A stretch of 64,000 nt of DNA from an uncultured bacterium (GCA_903850545.1 CAINLW010000009.1:2311-66310), one strand, 5' to 3'; shown: positions 1 to 8,946, numbered from the stretch's first letter. Notes: generated by a model not told the origin, from the sequence alone. Numbers and translations are program-made.

Positions 1-299
1 TTCGTTATTTTTGGGTTTATAAAAATAAGATCATTTGTTTCATTAATCTTTTTTGGCCATTCTGAATCTGTTGAAAAGACTTTTTTTGATATCATAAACA
101 ATCTTATGGGTTGTCCTATTTGAATAGCTGAAATAGCAGCGGCATCAATTTGACTGTGAAGAGCTTTTTTAAGCAAAGTAATGGTTTTTTTGATCTTTAC
201 TGTGCTAATTTCTGTAGCTGGAATAGCTGAAGAAATTTCTCTCAAAATAGGGTTGTCTACTTGTAGTATTTCGGTTTTACTAATTTTGGTTTTTAACAT
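1..299 (-). CDS. def: Peptide deformylase, 3' end truncated by window edge (absent from ORF track)
   Basis: Manual translation from ATG 299: MLKTKISKTEILQVDNPILREIS...SQIDAAAISAIQIGQPIRLFMI...LIFINPKIT; PDF N-terminal motifs (PILR, AxQIG, FINP). Confidence 0.8.
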   Translation of the reverse strand, partial: MLKTKISKTEILQVDNPILREISSAIPATEISTVKIKKTITLLKKALHSQIDAAAISAIQIGQPIRLFMISKKVFSTDSEWPKKINETNDLIFINPKIT

Positions 300-363
300 A
301 ATCAATAGAATAACATTTTTCAATAAATTGGTCAAAATTTACAAATATGCTATTATCAAAAAC

Positions 364-1356
364 ATGAAATCAAATATTTGGAAAAAAATATATAAAAAAA
401 ATACTTTTTTCTGTCTTGCGCCAATGGCGGATGTTACAGATGTAGTTTTTAGGCAAATAATCACTAAATACAGCAAACACGGTAAAATTGGCGGTGGACC
501 AGATGTTTTTTTTACTGAATTTGTTTCTGCTGATGGGATTGCAAATGAAATAGGTAGAAAAAAGCTTTTGCCTATTTTAAAATTTTCAAAAAAAGAAAAG
601 CCGATCATTGCACAAATATTTGGATCAAAACCGGAAAATATTAAAAAAACTTGTCAGATTATTGCCAAACTTGGTTTTGATGGAATAGATATAAATATGG
701 GATGTCCAGACAGATCTGTAATAAAGCAGGGTGCTGGCTCAGCTTTGATAAGAACACCGAAGCTTGCTTGTGAAATAATACGTTCAGCAAAAGCTGGCGC
801 TCCCAAACTTCCAATTTCAATAAAGACGCGCATTGGTTTTAATGTCATTGAATACAAAAAATGGCTTCCAAAAATTCTGGCTGAAAATATTTCTGCACTT
901 ACGGTTCACTTAAGGACAAAGAAAGAGATGTCGAATGTTTCTGCACATTTTGAGCTTGCAAATGATATTGTAAAAGTTGTTCGAGGATGTGATAAAAATG
1001 TGGTTTTAATCGCTAATGGCGATATAGAAAGTTTAGAGCAGGGAAGAATACTAGCTAAAGATACTGGTTTTGATGGAATAATGATAGGAAGAGGGATTTT
1101 TGGTAATCCATGGCTTTTCGATTCAAAAAGAAAAAATCCACCTAGTACAAGCGAAAAACTTAAAGTTCTAATTGAGCACACAAAACTTTATGAAAAAATT
1201 TTGACTCATAGAAATTTTGCAAATATGAAAAAACACTTCAAGGCATATGTAAGTGGTTTTGATGGAGCAAAAGAATTAAGAATGGAACTTATGGAGACTA
1301 ATAATTCAAAAGAAGTTCAAGTTATTATTGAAAAATTTCTACAAAATATATATTAG
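364..1356 (+). CDS. dusB: tRNA-dihydrouridine synthase (Dus family)
   Basis: LAPMADVTD, DINMGCP, GSAL, ANGDI, DGIMIGRG motifs; start moved to ATG 364 because the track start at 181 overlaps def. Confidence 0.9.
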   Translation: MKSNIWKKIYKKNTFFCLAPMADVTDVVFRQIITKYSKHGKIGGGPDVFFTEFVSADGIANEIGRKKLLPILKFSKKEKPIIAQIFGSKPENIKKTCQIIAKLGFDGIDINMGCPDRSVIKQGAGSALIRTPKLACEIIRSAKAGAPKLPISIKTRIGFNVIEYKKWLPKILAENISALTVHLRTKKEMSNVSAHFELANDIVKVVRGCDKNVVLIANGDIESLEQGRILAKDTGFDGIMIGRGIFGNPWLFDSKRKNPPSTSEKLKVLIEHTKLYEKILTHRNFANMKKHFKAYVSGFDGAKELRMELMETNNSKEVQVIIEKFLQNIY

Positions 1357-1373
1357 TAGTTTTTAATTTATTA

Positions 1374-1402
1374 TTTACAAACTGTAATAAGTGTAATAAG
1401 AT
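1374..1402 (+). promoter_or_regulatory. Sigma70-like promoter TTTACA-17-TAAGAT
   Basis: -35 at 1374-1379, -10 at 1397-1402, directly upstream of a structured GC-rich unit. Confidence 0.6.
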
Positions 1403-1408
1403 ACAAAT

Positions 1409-1587
1409 TAGATGTATAACGCGCACTGTGTAAGGGAGATATGGTGCGTGGTAGTATTCATCTCACTGTCCAAGATTGTTTGCCTCATAATAACCATACT
1501 CCTCATGGGTTTTGGGGACTCTTGAAAAAGGGTTAGGGGCAGTGAGATGTAAGATTTTTCCGAGGCCAATAGTGACCTCGGATTTTT
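1409..1587 (+). ncRNA. Putative structured small RNA (may encode a 31-aa sORF, 1441-1536)
   Basis: Hairpin 1421-1431/1439-1449, long hairpin 1459-1471/1537-1549, terminator 1559-1582 plus T tract; G-U pairs favour + strand. Confidence 0.5.
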
Positions 1588-1604
1588 ATATTATTTTTGT
1601 GTAC

Positions 1605-1632
1605 TTGACAAGTAGCCTGAGTATGCTAAGAT
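1605..1632 (+). promoter_or_regulatory. Sigma70-like promoter TTGACA-16-TAAGAT with extended -10 TG
   Basis: TTGACA 1605-1610; TG 1624-1625; TAAGAT 1627-1632. Confidence 0.7.
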
Positions 1633-1636
1633 GTAT

Positions 1637-1958
1637 TTCGGACTCGTGAGAATCCCCCTAAAGGACCACTCCGAGCAAAAGTGAGGAGTTTTATGAACAA
1701 AAACAACACTAAAGCACCCTTGATCGAGAGCTAAAATATCGGCGCCCCGGCCTGCAAAATTCACTAAAAGGAGAGGGAAATCCCTCTAAGGAGGAGTGCC
1801 TAACCGCACCCGATATGGAGCCAAACTAACGCCCGCCAAGGGTATTGTTTGGAAAAACCAGCGGACTAGAAGCAAAGATACGTAGCCGTGACGACAAAGT
1901 GTTTTGGGGTCTTGACCCCCGCCCCCAGGAACCTCGTGTTCCTGGGCGGCTTTTTTTT
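1637..1958 (+). ncRNA. Putative ~320-nt multi-stem RNA of unknown class
   Basis: Nested helices 1716-1722/1837-1843, 1736-1742/1810-1816, 1772-1778/1781-1787; only a 13-codon sORF; bounded by promoter and terminator. Confidence 0.5.
1921..1958 (+). terminator. Rho-independent terminator
   Basis: cccaggaac/gttcctggg stem followed by T8. Confidence 0.85.
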
Positions 1959-2017
1959 ATATTTATTCGCGAAAATTGATGAACTGAGTTATAATATTTG
2001 AGTAATAAATATCATAC

Positions 2018-3067
2018 ATGACAGAAACAGCTTTATATAGAAAATATCGTCCGCAAAAATTTAAAGAAATTTTGGGACAAGATCATATAGTAAAAGTACT
2101 AGAATCTTCTATTAAAAATGGAAATATTGCTCACGCATATATTTTTGCAGGTTCACGAGGAACTGGAAAGACCAGTATTGCTAGAATATTAGCAAAAGAA
2201 ATTGGCACAACAGTAAATGACATTTCCGAAATAGATGCAGCTTCTAACACCGGAGTTGATGATATCCGAGCTTTAAATGAATCTGTAAGCACTTTGCCTT
2301 TTGAATCTGTATATAAAGTTTATATTTTAGACGAGGCTCATATGCTTTCAAAATCTGCTTGGAATGCGCTTTTAAAAACAATTGAGGAACCTCCTAAACA
2401 TGTAATTTTTATTCTTGCTACTACTGAAGCAAACAAAATTCCTGAAACTATCATTTCAAGATGTCAGACTTTCTCATTTAGAAAACCAACTCAAAAAATG
2501 CTAAAAGATGTAGTTGTGGCTATTGCAAAAAAGGAAGGTTTTTCCTTGGAAGCCTCCTCAGCGGATCTTATCGCTTTGCTTGGAGATGGGTCTTTTCGTG
2601 ATGCGCAAAGTATTTTGCAAAAAGTAATGAGTGCTTCAAAAGACAAAAAAATTAGTCATGAAGAAGTAGAACTTGTTACTGGTGCACCAAAAACTGAGCT
2701 AGTAAATGATTTTATAAGAGCTATAGACGAAAACAATCTTGAAATAGGACTTGGAGCTATTTCAAAAGCCACCGAAGCAAATATTGATATGCTTTTATAT
2801 TTTAAACTCGTTCTTCATAAGATGCGTTCAATACTTTTGCTTCGAAATCTGAAAAGCTCAGAAGGGAAGTTACAAGATGAAATGACAGATACCGATTTTA
2901 AATTTCTAAAAGGTCTTGCCGATAAAAAACCATCAAACCCGCCTACAGGTCGGGCAGGAATTACTTCTGATACTTTACTTACACTTTTATCTTATTACGA
3001 TATGGTGGCAAAAGCGTATATTCCCGAGTTACCACTTGAGATCGCTCTTACAAAGCTCATAAAATAG
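2018..3067 (+). CDS. dnaX: DNA polymerase III subunit gamma/tau (short form)
   Basis: ALYRKYRPQ, GSRGTGKTS Walker A, EIDAAS, DEAHML, ISRCQ. Confidence 0.97.
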   Translation: MTETALYRKYRPQKFKEILGQDHIVKVLESSIKNGNIAHAYIFAGSRGTGKTSIARILAKEIGTTVNDISEIDAASNTGVDDIRALNESVSTLPFESVYKVYILDEAHMLSKSAWNALLKTIEEPPKHVIFILATTEANKIPETIISRCQTFSFRKPTQKMLKDVVVAIAKKEGFSLEASSADLIALLGDGSFRDAQSILQKVMSASKDKKISHEEVELVTGAPKTELVNDFIRAIDENNLEIGLGAISKATEANIDMLLYFKLVLHKMRSILLLRNLKSSEGKLQDEMTDTDFKFLKGLADKKPSNPPTGRAGITSDTLLTLLSYYDMVAKAYIPELPLEIALTKLIK

Positions 3068-3113
3068 TGTAGAAGATCGACAATTTTTATTAATTTATAA
3101 TTAAAATATAATT

Positions 3114-4874
3114 ATGACCAGTCTAGAAAATAATAAATTTGAAAAAGTGTCTTTAAATGACAAGATGGAAGAATCCCCACTGTTTTCAAAAAGATTTTAT
3201 GAAAAAATGCGTTTATTTGCATTAGCTGGTTTATTGCTTATGCCCGGTTATGGAATTGCATCAAAAAACAAAAACGAATCTACTGAAACATCTACTTCAC
3301 AACTGGAAAATAATCCAAACTATAACGATAGTTTAATAGAGCAATTTAATAAAATTAAACTTGAATCTCCACATATACACAATACATTTTTTATAAAAAA
3401 TGAAAAAACTGGTGTAATTGAAACAAACTGGTGGGCATTACTCGCACCATTTCAAGTAGAATTACCTTGGACAAAAGATGGAGTTAAAGATAGTTATAAC
3501 GTATTACATGATTATGCTCGTCTTTTCATATCCGCAGGAGCACTTAACAATAAAGAATATTCAAAAATTTCAGAATTAATGGAGCAAGAAATAAAACAAC
3601 AGTTGGTAGAAGTTTTATACGGTTTAGACATAAGCAAAAAAGCTCATGAAGCCAATGAAGCGCCAAATTTTGATCAATTAAAAATTGAGAGTATCAATAT
3701 AACCGGAACGGCTTCTCCAGAGGGTCCAGCTTATAAAGGACCAGAAACAATTGAAAGTGTAGATCCAGAAAATCTCAAATTGGCACATTCAAGAGGAGTA
3801 AGTGGTTTTGATGAAATAATTAAGTCACTTAAAAAATTAGGAATAAATCCTGATGAAAAGATATTGCAAAAAGCTCTTTATGGTATTAACTTTGAGGAAG
3901 TGCAATTTTCACCAGATGAAATGAATAGAATGGCAGAATTATCCCGTGACTATTTTGGGTCAGATTCTTTGGAAAAGATCTTTAATATGATTGTTGATTA
4001 TAATGATAAAAAAATCTCAGATCCAAATTTAGTTTTGGAACTTGATTCGAGGGTTGCTTCAAAAAGATCTGTAGAAATTGAAATCGAATATTCTGGCAAA
4101 TTGCATCGAAGCTTCTTAGTACCAATACCACTTTTGCTTTTTATATTACCTTTTATATTTGGAGATGGTCGCAAAAAATATATAAGTAAGATTTCAAAAA
4201 ATGGATCATTTTTTAATGAAAATTATGATACTTTGATTAAATCGGGAAGTGGCGCATATGGTGATAGTGAAAGTGCTGGAATAAGTAACATTGGTAAAAT
4301 TGGTGGTCCAGATAAAGTCAGTGAAGTTTCTATTACAAGTAGCGGAAATGTTGAAAAAATAAGTGAAGCAGAAAAAATTGGTTCTGCAAACGCAATAACA
4401 GAAACTGAAAAAATATCTGAAAATTTTCTTAAATATTATTATTCATCCACTATACCTGAAGGAAAAGATAGTGAGCAAATGGAGGAGGCAACATGGATTG
4501 ATGATCTCTATAATTACTTCGACAGCGAGATTGCGATTAAGAGGGGTTTGAGTTATCGAGCTATTACTGATTCTATTTTATATGATAGTAAAATCTTTAA
4601 AAATAGTGATGAGATAGAATTAAAACTTACATTTCTTATTTTAAATAAATGGACCGAGCATGATTTGGCGGCTCGTCGTGAAGCCGGAGTAGATGAAAAT
4701 GTAATAAATGACGGTTTGAATTACACTGAAAATAATGAGCAAATAAAATGGGCTCGCATGCACGCAAAAGCCATTATTGAGATTGTTAAAATGAAAAAAG
4801 AAAATCCAAACAAGGATTATGAGGAATTGCTTGCAATAAAAGTTCAACAACTTCAAAAAAGAAGAACTTTTTAA
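3114..4874 (+). CDS. Membrane-anchored hypothetical protein with possible OmpA-C-like domain
   Basis: N-terminal and central hydrophobic segments; ITGTASPEG...NLKLAHSRG...KRSVEIEI. Confidence 0.55.
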   Translation: MTSLENNKFEKVSLNDKMEESPLFSKRFYEKMRLFALAGLLLMPGYGIASKNKNESTETSTSQLENNPNYNDSLIEQFNKIKLESPHIHNTFFIKNEKTGVIETNWWALLAPFQVELPWTKDGVKDSYNVLHDYARLFISAGALNNKEYSKISELMEQEIKQQLVEVLYGLDISKKAHEANEAPNFDQLKIESINITGTASPEGPAYKGPETIESVDPENLKLAHSRGVSGFDEIIKSLKKLGINPDEKILQKALYGINFEEVQFSPDEMNRMAELSRDYFGSDSLEKIFNMIVDYNDKKISDPNLVLELDSRVASKRSVEIEIEYSGKLHRSFLVPIPLLLFILPFIFGDGRKKYISKISKNGSFFNENYDTLIKSGSGAYGDSESAGISNIGKIGGPDKVSEVSITSSGNVEKISEAEKIGSANAITETEKISENFLKYYYSSTIPEGKDSEQMEEATWIDDLYNYFDSEIAIKRGLSYRAITDSILYDSKIFKNSDEIELKLTFLILNKWTEHDLAARREAGVDENVINDGLNYTENNEQIKWARMHAKAIIEIVKMKKENPNKDYEELLAIKVQQLQKRRTF

Positions 4875-4955
4875 AAAATAGTGATAAATATTTGCTTGTT
4901 AACTAATAATAATAAGTATTACTGAGGGATTAAAAGTTATCCACAGTATTAATTG

Positions 4956-4983
4956 TTGACTATAATTAATATTTGAGTATAAT
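4956..4983 (+). promoter_or_regulatory. Sigma70-like promoter TTGACT-16-TATAAT
   Basis: Near-consensus hexamers at 4956-4961 and 4978-4983. Confidence 0.7.
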
Positions 4984-4985
4984 TT

Positions 4986-5445
4986 GCGACAGGAAAAAAT
5001 ATTGATCTTTCTGCGCATAGAAAAACGACCCTTTCGGTCAAGGAAATAGCTATGCGCATAATCCGTATCTTGCGGACAGGGCAAGATAGGGTGCTCTTCA
5101 GAAGAACACCGCTACAAAGTGGGCGACTCTTTAAATAGTTGCCACGGATAAACAAAGTGCAGTAGTGCAAAACAAATCAAGCGCCACCCAAAAAGCGAAA
5201 ACTTGCGGGCCAAAGCGTCAGTTTATGCACTCCAGCCTGTTACTTAAAATTGCGACCAATCACCCTGAGAGGACGCAATTTGTGGCACAAAAGAGTGGTC
5301 ACGCCATTCTTTAGTTAGGGGTCCTGATGGTACTCAGCGAGACCTAAAGCTCGCGTCATCTAGCTTGCTCAGGCATGCAAAAAAGGACCCCGCGATTTCG
5401 CGGTCGAGTGGGGTTGGACTAGTAAAGTTCAACCCCCTCTTTAAT
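4986..5445 (+). ncRNA. Putative ~455-nt large structured ncRNA of unknown class
   Basis: Many nested helices with A-rich linkers, no credible CDS, upstream promoter, terminal hairpin 5410-5420/5426-5436. Confidence 0.6.
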
Positions 5446-5530
5446 TTATAAATTATATTTAATCTACACAATAACCACATTAAAGTGGTTTTTTAATTTT
5501 GTATTTAGAATACAATAGACGTCTTAAATA

Positions 5531-6601
5531 TTAAATTTTCCAATTACCTTTTTCCTGAATTACTTTTCCATCAACAATAATTTGTGCTTTTTTCATACTT
5601 TTAACAATATCCCAATGTAGAGAGGAATCATTTCCACCACCGTTTTCTTTGTAGGCGGCACCCAACGCTAAGTGAATTGTACCACCGATTTTTTCATCAA
5701 ATAATAAATTGTTTGTATATTTATTTATTTTTGGGTTACAACCAATACCAAGTTCCCCTACAAATTCTGAATTTTTGTCTAATGCAAGCATTTTTTTCAA
5801 ATAATCAAGATTTTTTGTCGCTTTTGCTTCAATCACTTTTCCATCTTTAAAAACTAATTCTATATCAGAAACTTCTTTTCCATCTCGAACAGAAGGGAAG
5901 TCAAATTTAATATAACCATTTAAACTTTCTCGAACTGGAGCCATAAAAACTTCACCACCTGGCATATTTTCCTCACCTTTATCAGCAACGGCTTTTTCTC
6001 CATGCACCTTCATTTTCAAATCTACACCAACACCCACAAGGTGAACCTCACTATTTTTCTTAAATTTTAGCAAAATTTTATCCATCAATTTACCCAATTT
6101 TTTCCAATCTTGCAAACACGCACCGAAAACAAAATTTTCGTATTCTGTAAGTGACATCTCAGCTTCTTGTGCTAAAGCTTGGCAAGGATATCCAACAGTG
6201 ACTCTGTGCATTAACGGTTTTGAATTACAAATATGTTCTCTAATAGAATGCGTTACTTTTGATCTTGTGGCGATTTTATTTGAATCACAATTTGTAAGTT
6301 CTCTTGTGTTTGTATCTGTATCTATACCGATATATTTTTGGGAATTTTTGACTACAAACTCAAAATCCTCCGGAAATTTTTCTAGCTGGTGTTGTTGCGC
6401 ATGAGTATAATACGTATGAGTAAGCCCGGGTAACGATAATCTTAACACTGGATGTGCACCTGCTTTTATTACTTCTTCATATAAAACTCGTATAAATTCT
6501 TCTGCTTCAGTGCTACCCGAGATAATAACTTTTTCATTGTGTTTAACAAAAACAGAATATTTAACTACCAACTGCGCTAACTTTTTTGTTCTAATATCCA
6601 T
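5531..6601 (-). CDS. Aminopeptidase, peptidase M29 (AmpT/PepS) family
   Basis: NMPGGEVF, GELGIG, LFDEKIGGTIHLALG, SSLHWD motifs. Confidence 0.92.
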   Translation of the reverse strand: MDIRTKKLAQLVVKYSVFVKHNEKVIISGSTEAEEFIRVLYEEVIKAGAHPVLRLSLPGLTHTYYTHAQQHQLEKFPEDFEFVVKNSQKYIGIDTDTNTRELTNCDSNKIATRSKVTHSIREHICNSKPLMHRVTVGYPCQALAQEAEMSLTEYENFVFGACLQDWKKLGKLMDKILLKFKKNSEVHLVGVGVDLKMKVHGEKAVADKGEENMPGGEVFMAPVRESLNGYIKFDFPSVRDGKEVSDIELVFKDGKVIEAKATKNLDYLKKMLALDKNSEFVGELGIGCNPKINKYTNNLLFDEKIGGTIHLALGAAYKENGGGNDSSLHWDIVKSMKKAQIIVDGKVIQEKGNWKI

Positions 6602-6760
6602 TGTATTTAAATTAAAAATTAAATATCAAAAATCAAAATTATAGATTAAATATCAAAAATTTCGATTCAAACTAATAAATTTATACATTAAATTTCAAAA
6701 TATATTTAATAACCTTAGTAGTATTACATCTTCAATAATAACAACTACTTCAAATCTTGC

Positions 6761-8284
6761 TTATTTTAGCACAATTATTGTTTCGTCTCTATCAGGCCCA
6801 ACTGAAATAATCCGAGTTTTAACACCAGCCTCTTTTTCAATAAACGAAATAATTTTTTTAAGTTGTTGCGGAAGTTCGTTTACATTTCTTAGTTTACGAA
6901 TAGTTGTTTGCCAACCAGAAAAAGTCTTATATATTGGTCTACAATATTTCAAAACTTCTTTGTCTGGAATTGCAATGTTGATTTTTGTTCCTTTATTTAA
7001 TATAAGTTCACCTACATGATATTTTGGGCCAGTATATTCATAAGCTACACAAATTTTAATTTCTTTACATAAATCCATTACATCAATTTTGGTAAAAATA
7101 ACATCTGGACCGCTAAATTGAACCGAATATCTTAAAAAGGGAAGATCTAGCCAGCCAGTTCGTCTCGGTCGTCCTGTTGTGGCACCGTATTCATAACCTG
7201 CCATTCTAACAGCTACACCAAGTTTAAATTCATCTGTTTGATCAAGTAGTAAATCTCCAAACTTATCTTTCTCCATCTTTTTTGTTATTCCAGACGTTCC
7301 ACACCATTTGGCCGATTTTAAACCACCCATTTCTGTTGGAAAAGCACCTTCACCAACCCTAGTCATGTATGGAGCCTTTATAATGCCAAAAGTCATATCA
7401 ACATCATTTTCATGCAACCCAACGCCTTTAGCTAAGCCAGCGATTGTGCAATCTGAAGCTGTAACAAAAGGATAAGTGCCATGATCAATACTAAGCAGGT
7501 TTCCTTGAGCACCCTCAAGAAGTATTTTCTTTTTACCAAGATTTTTTCTCAAATAAGTATCTGTATCTGTAATATTATTTTTAAATATTTTGCCATATCT
7601 AGTATATTCTTTAACTATTGCATCTATATTAAATATATTTTTATTGTCGTAAAAACGTCCACAACCCAAATGCTCATGTTGAAGAATTTGTTTAATTACT
7701 TTTTTATCATATTGATTAAGTAAAACTATTTTTTCACGAAGATTTCTAATAAGCTTTTCTTTAAAAATTTTAGGATTAAGCAAATCATTAACAGTAAGGC
7801 CTATGCGAGCATAATGGTCTTCGTATACTGGACCAATTCCTCTGCCAGTTGTGCCTATTTTATTCAAACCAGCTTTGCTTTCTTTTACTCGATCTAATAA
7901 TAAGTGTTGAGGTAATACTAAGTGAGCATCTTTAGAAAAGAATATGTTTTTATTACTACACCCCGAGGCTTTTAAAAGCGACATTTCATGTTCTACAACA
8001 GCTGGATCAAAAGCAACTCCGCTACCAATAATATTAATTTTACCTTTTGAATCATATAGAATCCCTGACGGAATAAGATGGAAAATATATTCTTTATCTT
8101 TGAGACGAATGGTGTGTCCAGCGTTTGCTCCACCAGTACCACGTGCAATAATATCTGCCCATGAACCAAAAAAATCTACAAATTTTCCTTTTCCGGTATC
8201 GCCCCATTGATTGCATACAACTGCAATAGTTTTTTTACCTTTTAATAATTCGCTCGTTTTTTTAAAAAGATTTGTTTTTAACAT
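6761..8284 (-). CDS. purA: Adenylosuccinate synthetase
   Basis: QWGDTGKGK, GGANAGHT, IGTTGRGIGP, LLEGAQG, EYGATTGRPRRTGWLD. Confidence 0.97.
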   Translation of the reverse strand: MLKTNLFKKTSELLKGKKTIAVVCNQWGDTGKGKFVDFFGSWADIIARGTGGANAGHTIRLKDKEYIFHLIPSGILYDSKGKINIIGSGVAFDPAVVEHEMSLLKASGCSNKNIFFSKDAHLVLPQHLLLDRVKESKAGLNKIGTTGRGIGPVYEDHYARIGLTVNDLLNPKIFKEKLIRNLREKIVLLNQYDKKVIKQILQHEHLGCGRFYDNKNIFNIDAIVKEYTRYGKIFKNNITDTDTYLRKNLGKKKILLEGAQGNLLSIDHGTYPFVTASDCTIAGLAKGVGLHENDVDMTFGIIKAPYMTRVGEGAFPTEMGGLKSAKWCGTSGITKKMEKDKFGDLLLDQTDEFKLGVAVRMAGYEYGATTGRPRRTGWLDLPFLRYSVQFSGPDVIFTKIDVMDLCKEIKICVAYEYTGPKYHVGELILNKGTKINIAIPDKEVLKYCRPIYKTFSGWQTTIRKLRNVNELPQQLKKIISFIEKEAGVKTRIISVGPDRDETIIVLK

Positions 8285-8288
8285 CGAT

Positions 8289-8834
8289 TTATTTATTAGT
8301 TGAAATCAAATATTTATGTAATTTTTTTAGTGCAATATTTCTCATCGCATAAGGTTTATGTTCCTGATTTGTCATCTCGGCGTATGTCCTATCACATCCT
8401 TTTGGAATAAAAATTGAAGCCCAACCAAAACTGTTTTTACCTTTTGGATTTTGAGAAACAGTGCCTTCCATAGAACCACTGAAAAATCTCACTTTTTTTC
8501 CATCATAAAATCCGTAACAAACGGTTGCAGTGCAACTACGATCTTTTCCATCAAGTAATCTGCATAAACCTTCGTTCGTTAACTCATGTTCAAACCATTT
8601 AATAAGCGGGCCAGGCAATTTTCCCAGCGAATGGAAAACAAAAGACACATCTTCAACCAAGATAGTTTTTTTAACTATTTTAAAAGCTCTCTCAGCTTTA
8701 TCTTTTACAATTTCTTCAAGATCTAAAGATTGTACCTCGTGTAAATTTAGCGATTGATGATCAATTGGCATTTTTAAGTAACGACACACTTCCTCAGCTT
8801 TTCCTGCATTTCCAGTAATAAATATTATTTTCAT
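8289..8834 (-). CDS. Non-canonical purine NTP pyrophosphatase (Ham1/ITPase)
   Basis: FITGNAGKAEE, VEDVS, LPGPLIKWF, FGWASIFIP. Confidence 0.9.
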   Translation of the reverse strand: MKIIFITGNAGKAEEVCRYLKMPIDHQSLNLHEVQSLDLEEIVKDKAERAFKIVKKTILVEDVSFVFHSLGKLPGPLIKWFEHELTNEGLCRLLDGKDRSCTATVCYGFYDGKKVRFFSGSMEGTVSQNPKGKNSFGWASIFIPKGCDRTYAEMTNQEHKPYAMRNIALKKLHKYLISTNK

Positions 8835-8911
8835 AGTGTAAACTTTAACACGATATAGTCATTATTACAAAAAGTTAGGTGATTCCAAGCTATTGAACCT
8901 ATACGGTACCA

Positions 8912-8940
8912 TTGACAAATATTAAATTAATTGTTAATAT
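8912..8940 (+). promoter_or_regulatory. Sigma70-like promoter TTGACA-17-TAATAT (extended -10)
   Basis: TTGACA 8912-8917, TAATAT 8935-8940. Confidence 0.7.
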
Positions 8941-8946
8941 TATAGA

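Noticed and set aside
181-363. N-terminal extension of Dus in the ORF track
   Set aside because: Overlaps def on the opposite strand; ATG 364 fits the family
1409-1958. SRP RNA, RNase P RNA or 6S RNA upstream of dnaX
   Set aside because: No SRP helix-8 motif, no GAGGAAAGUCC, and no single closed rod with a central bubble
4986-5445. tmRNA: startless frame 5167-5247 reads AKQIKRHPKSENLRAKASVYALQPVT*, vaguely tag-like
   Set aside because: No alanyl acceptor stem, T arm or CCA end visible in normal or permuted order
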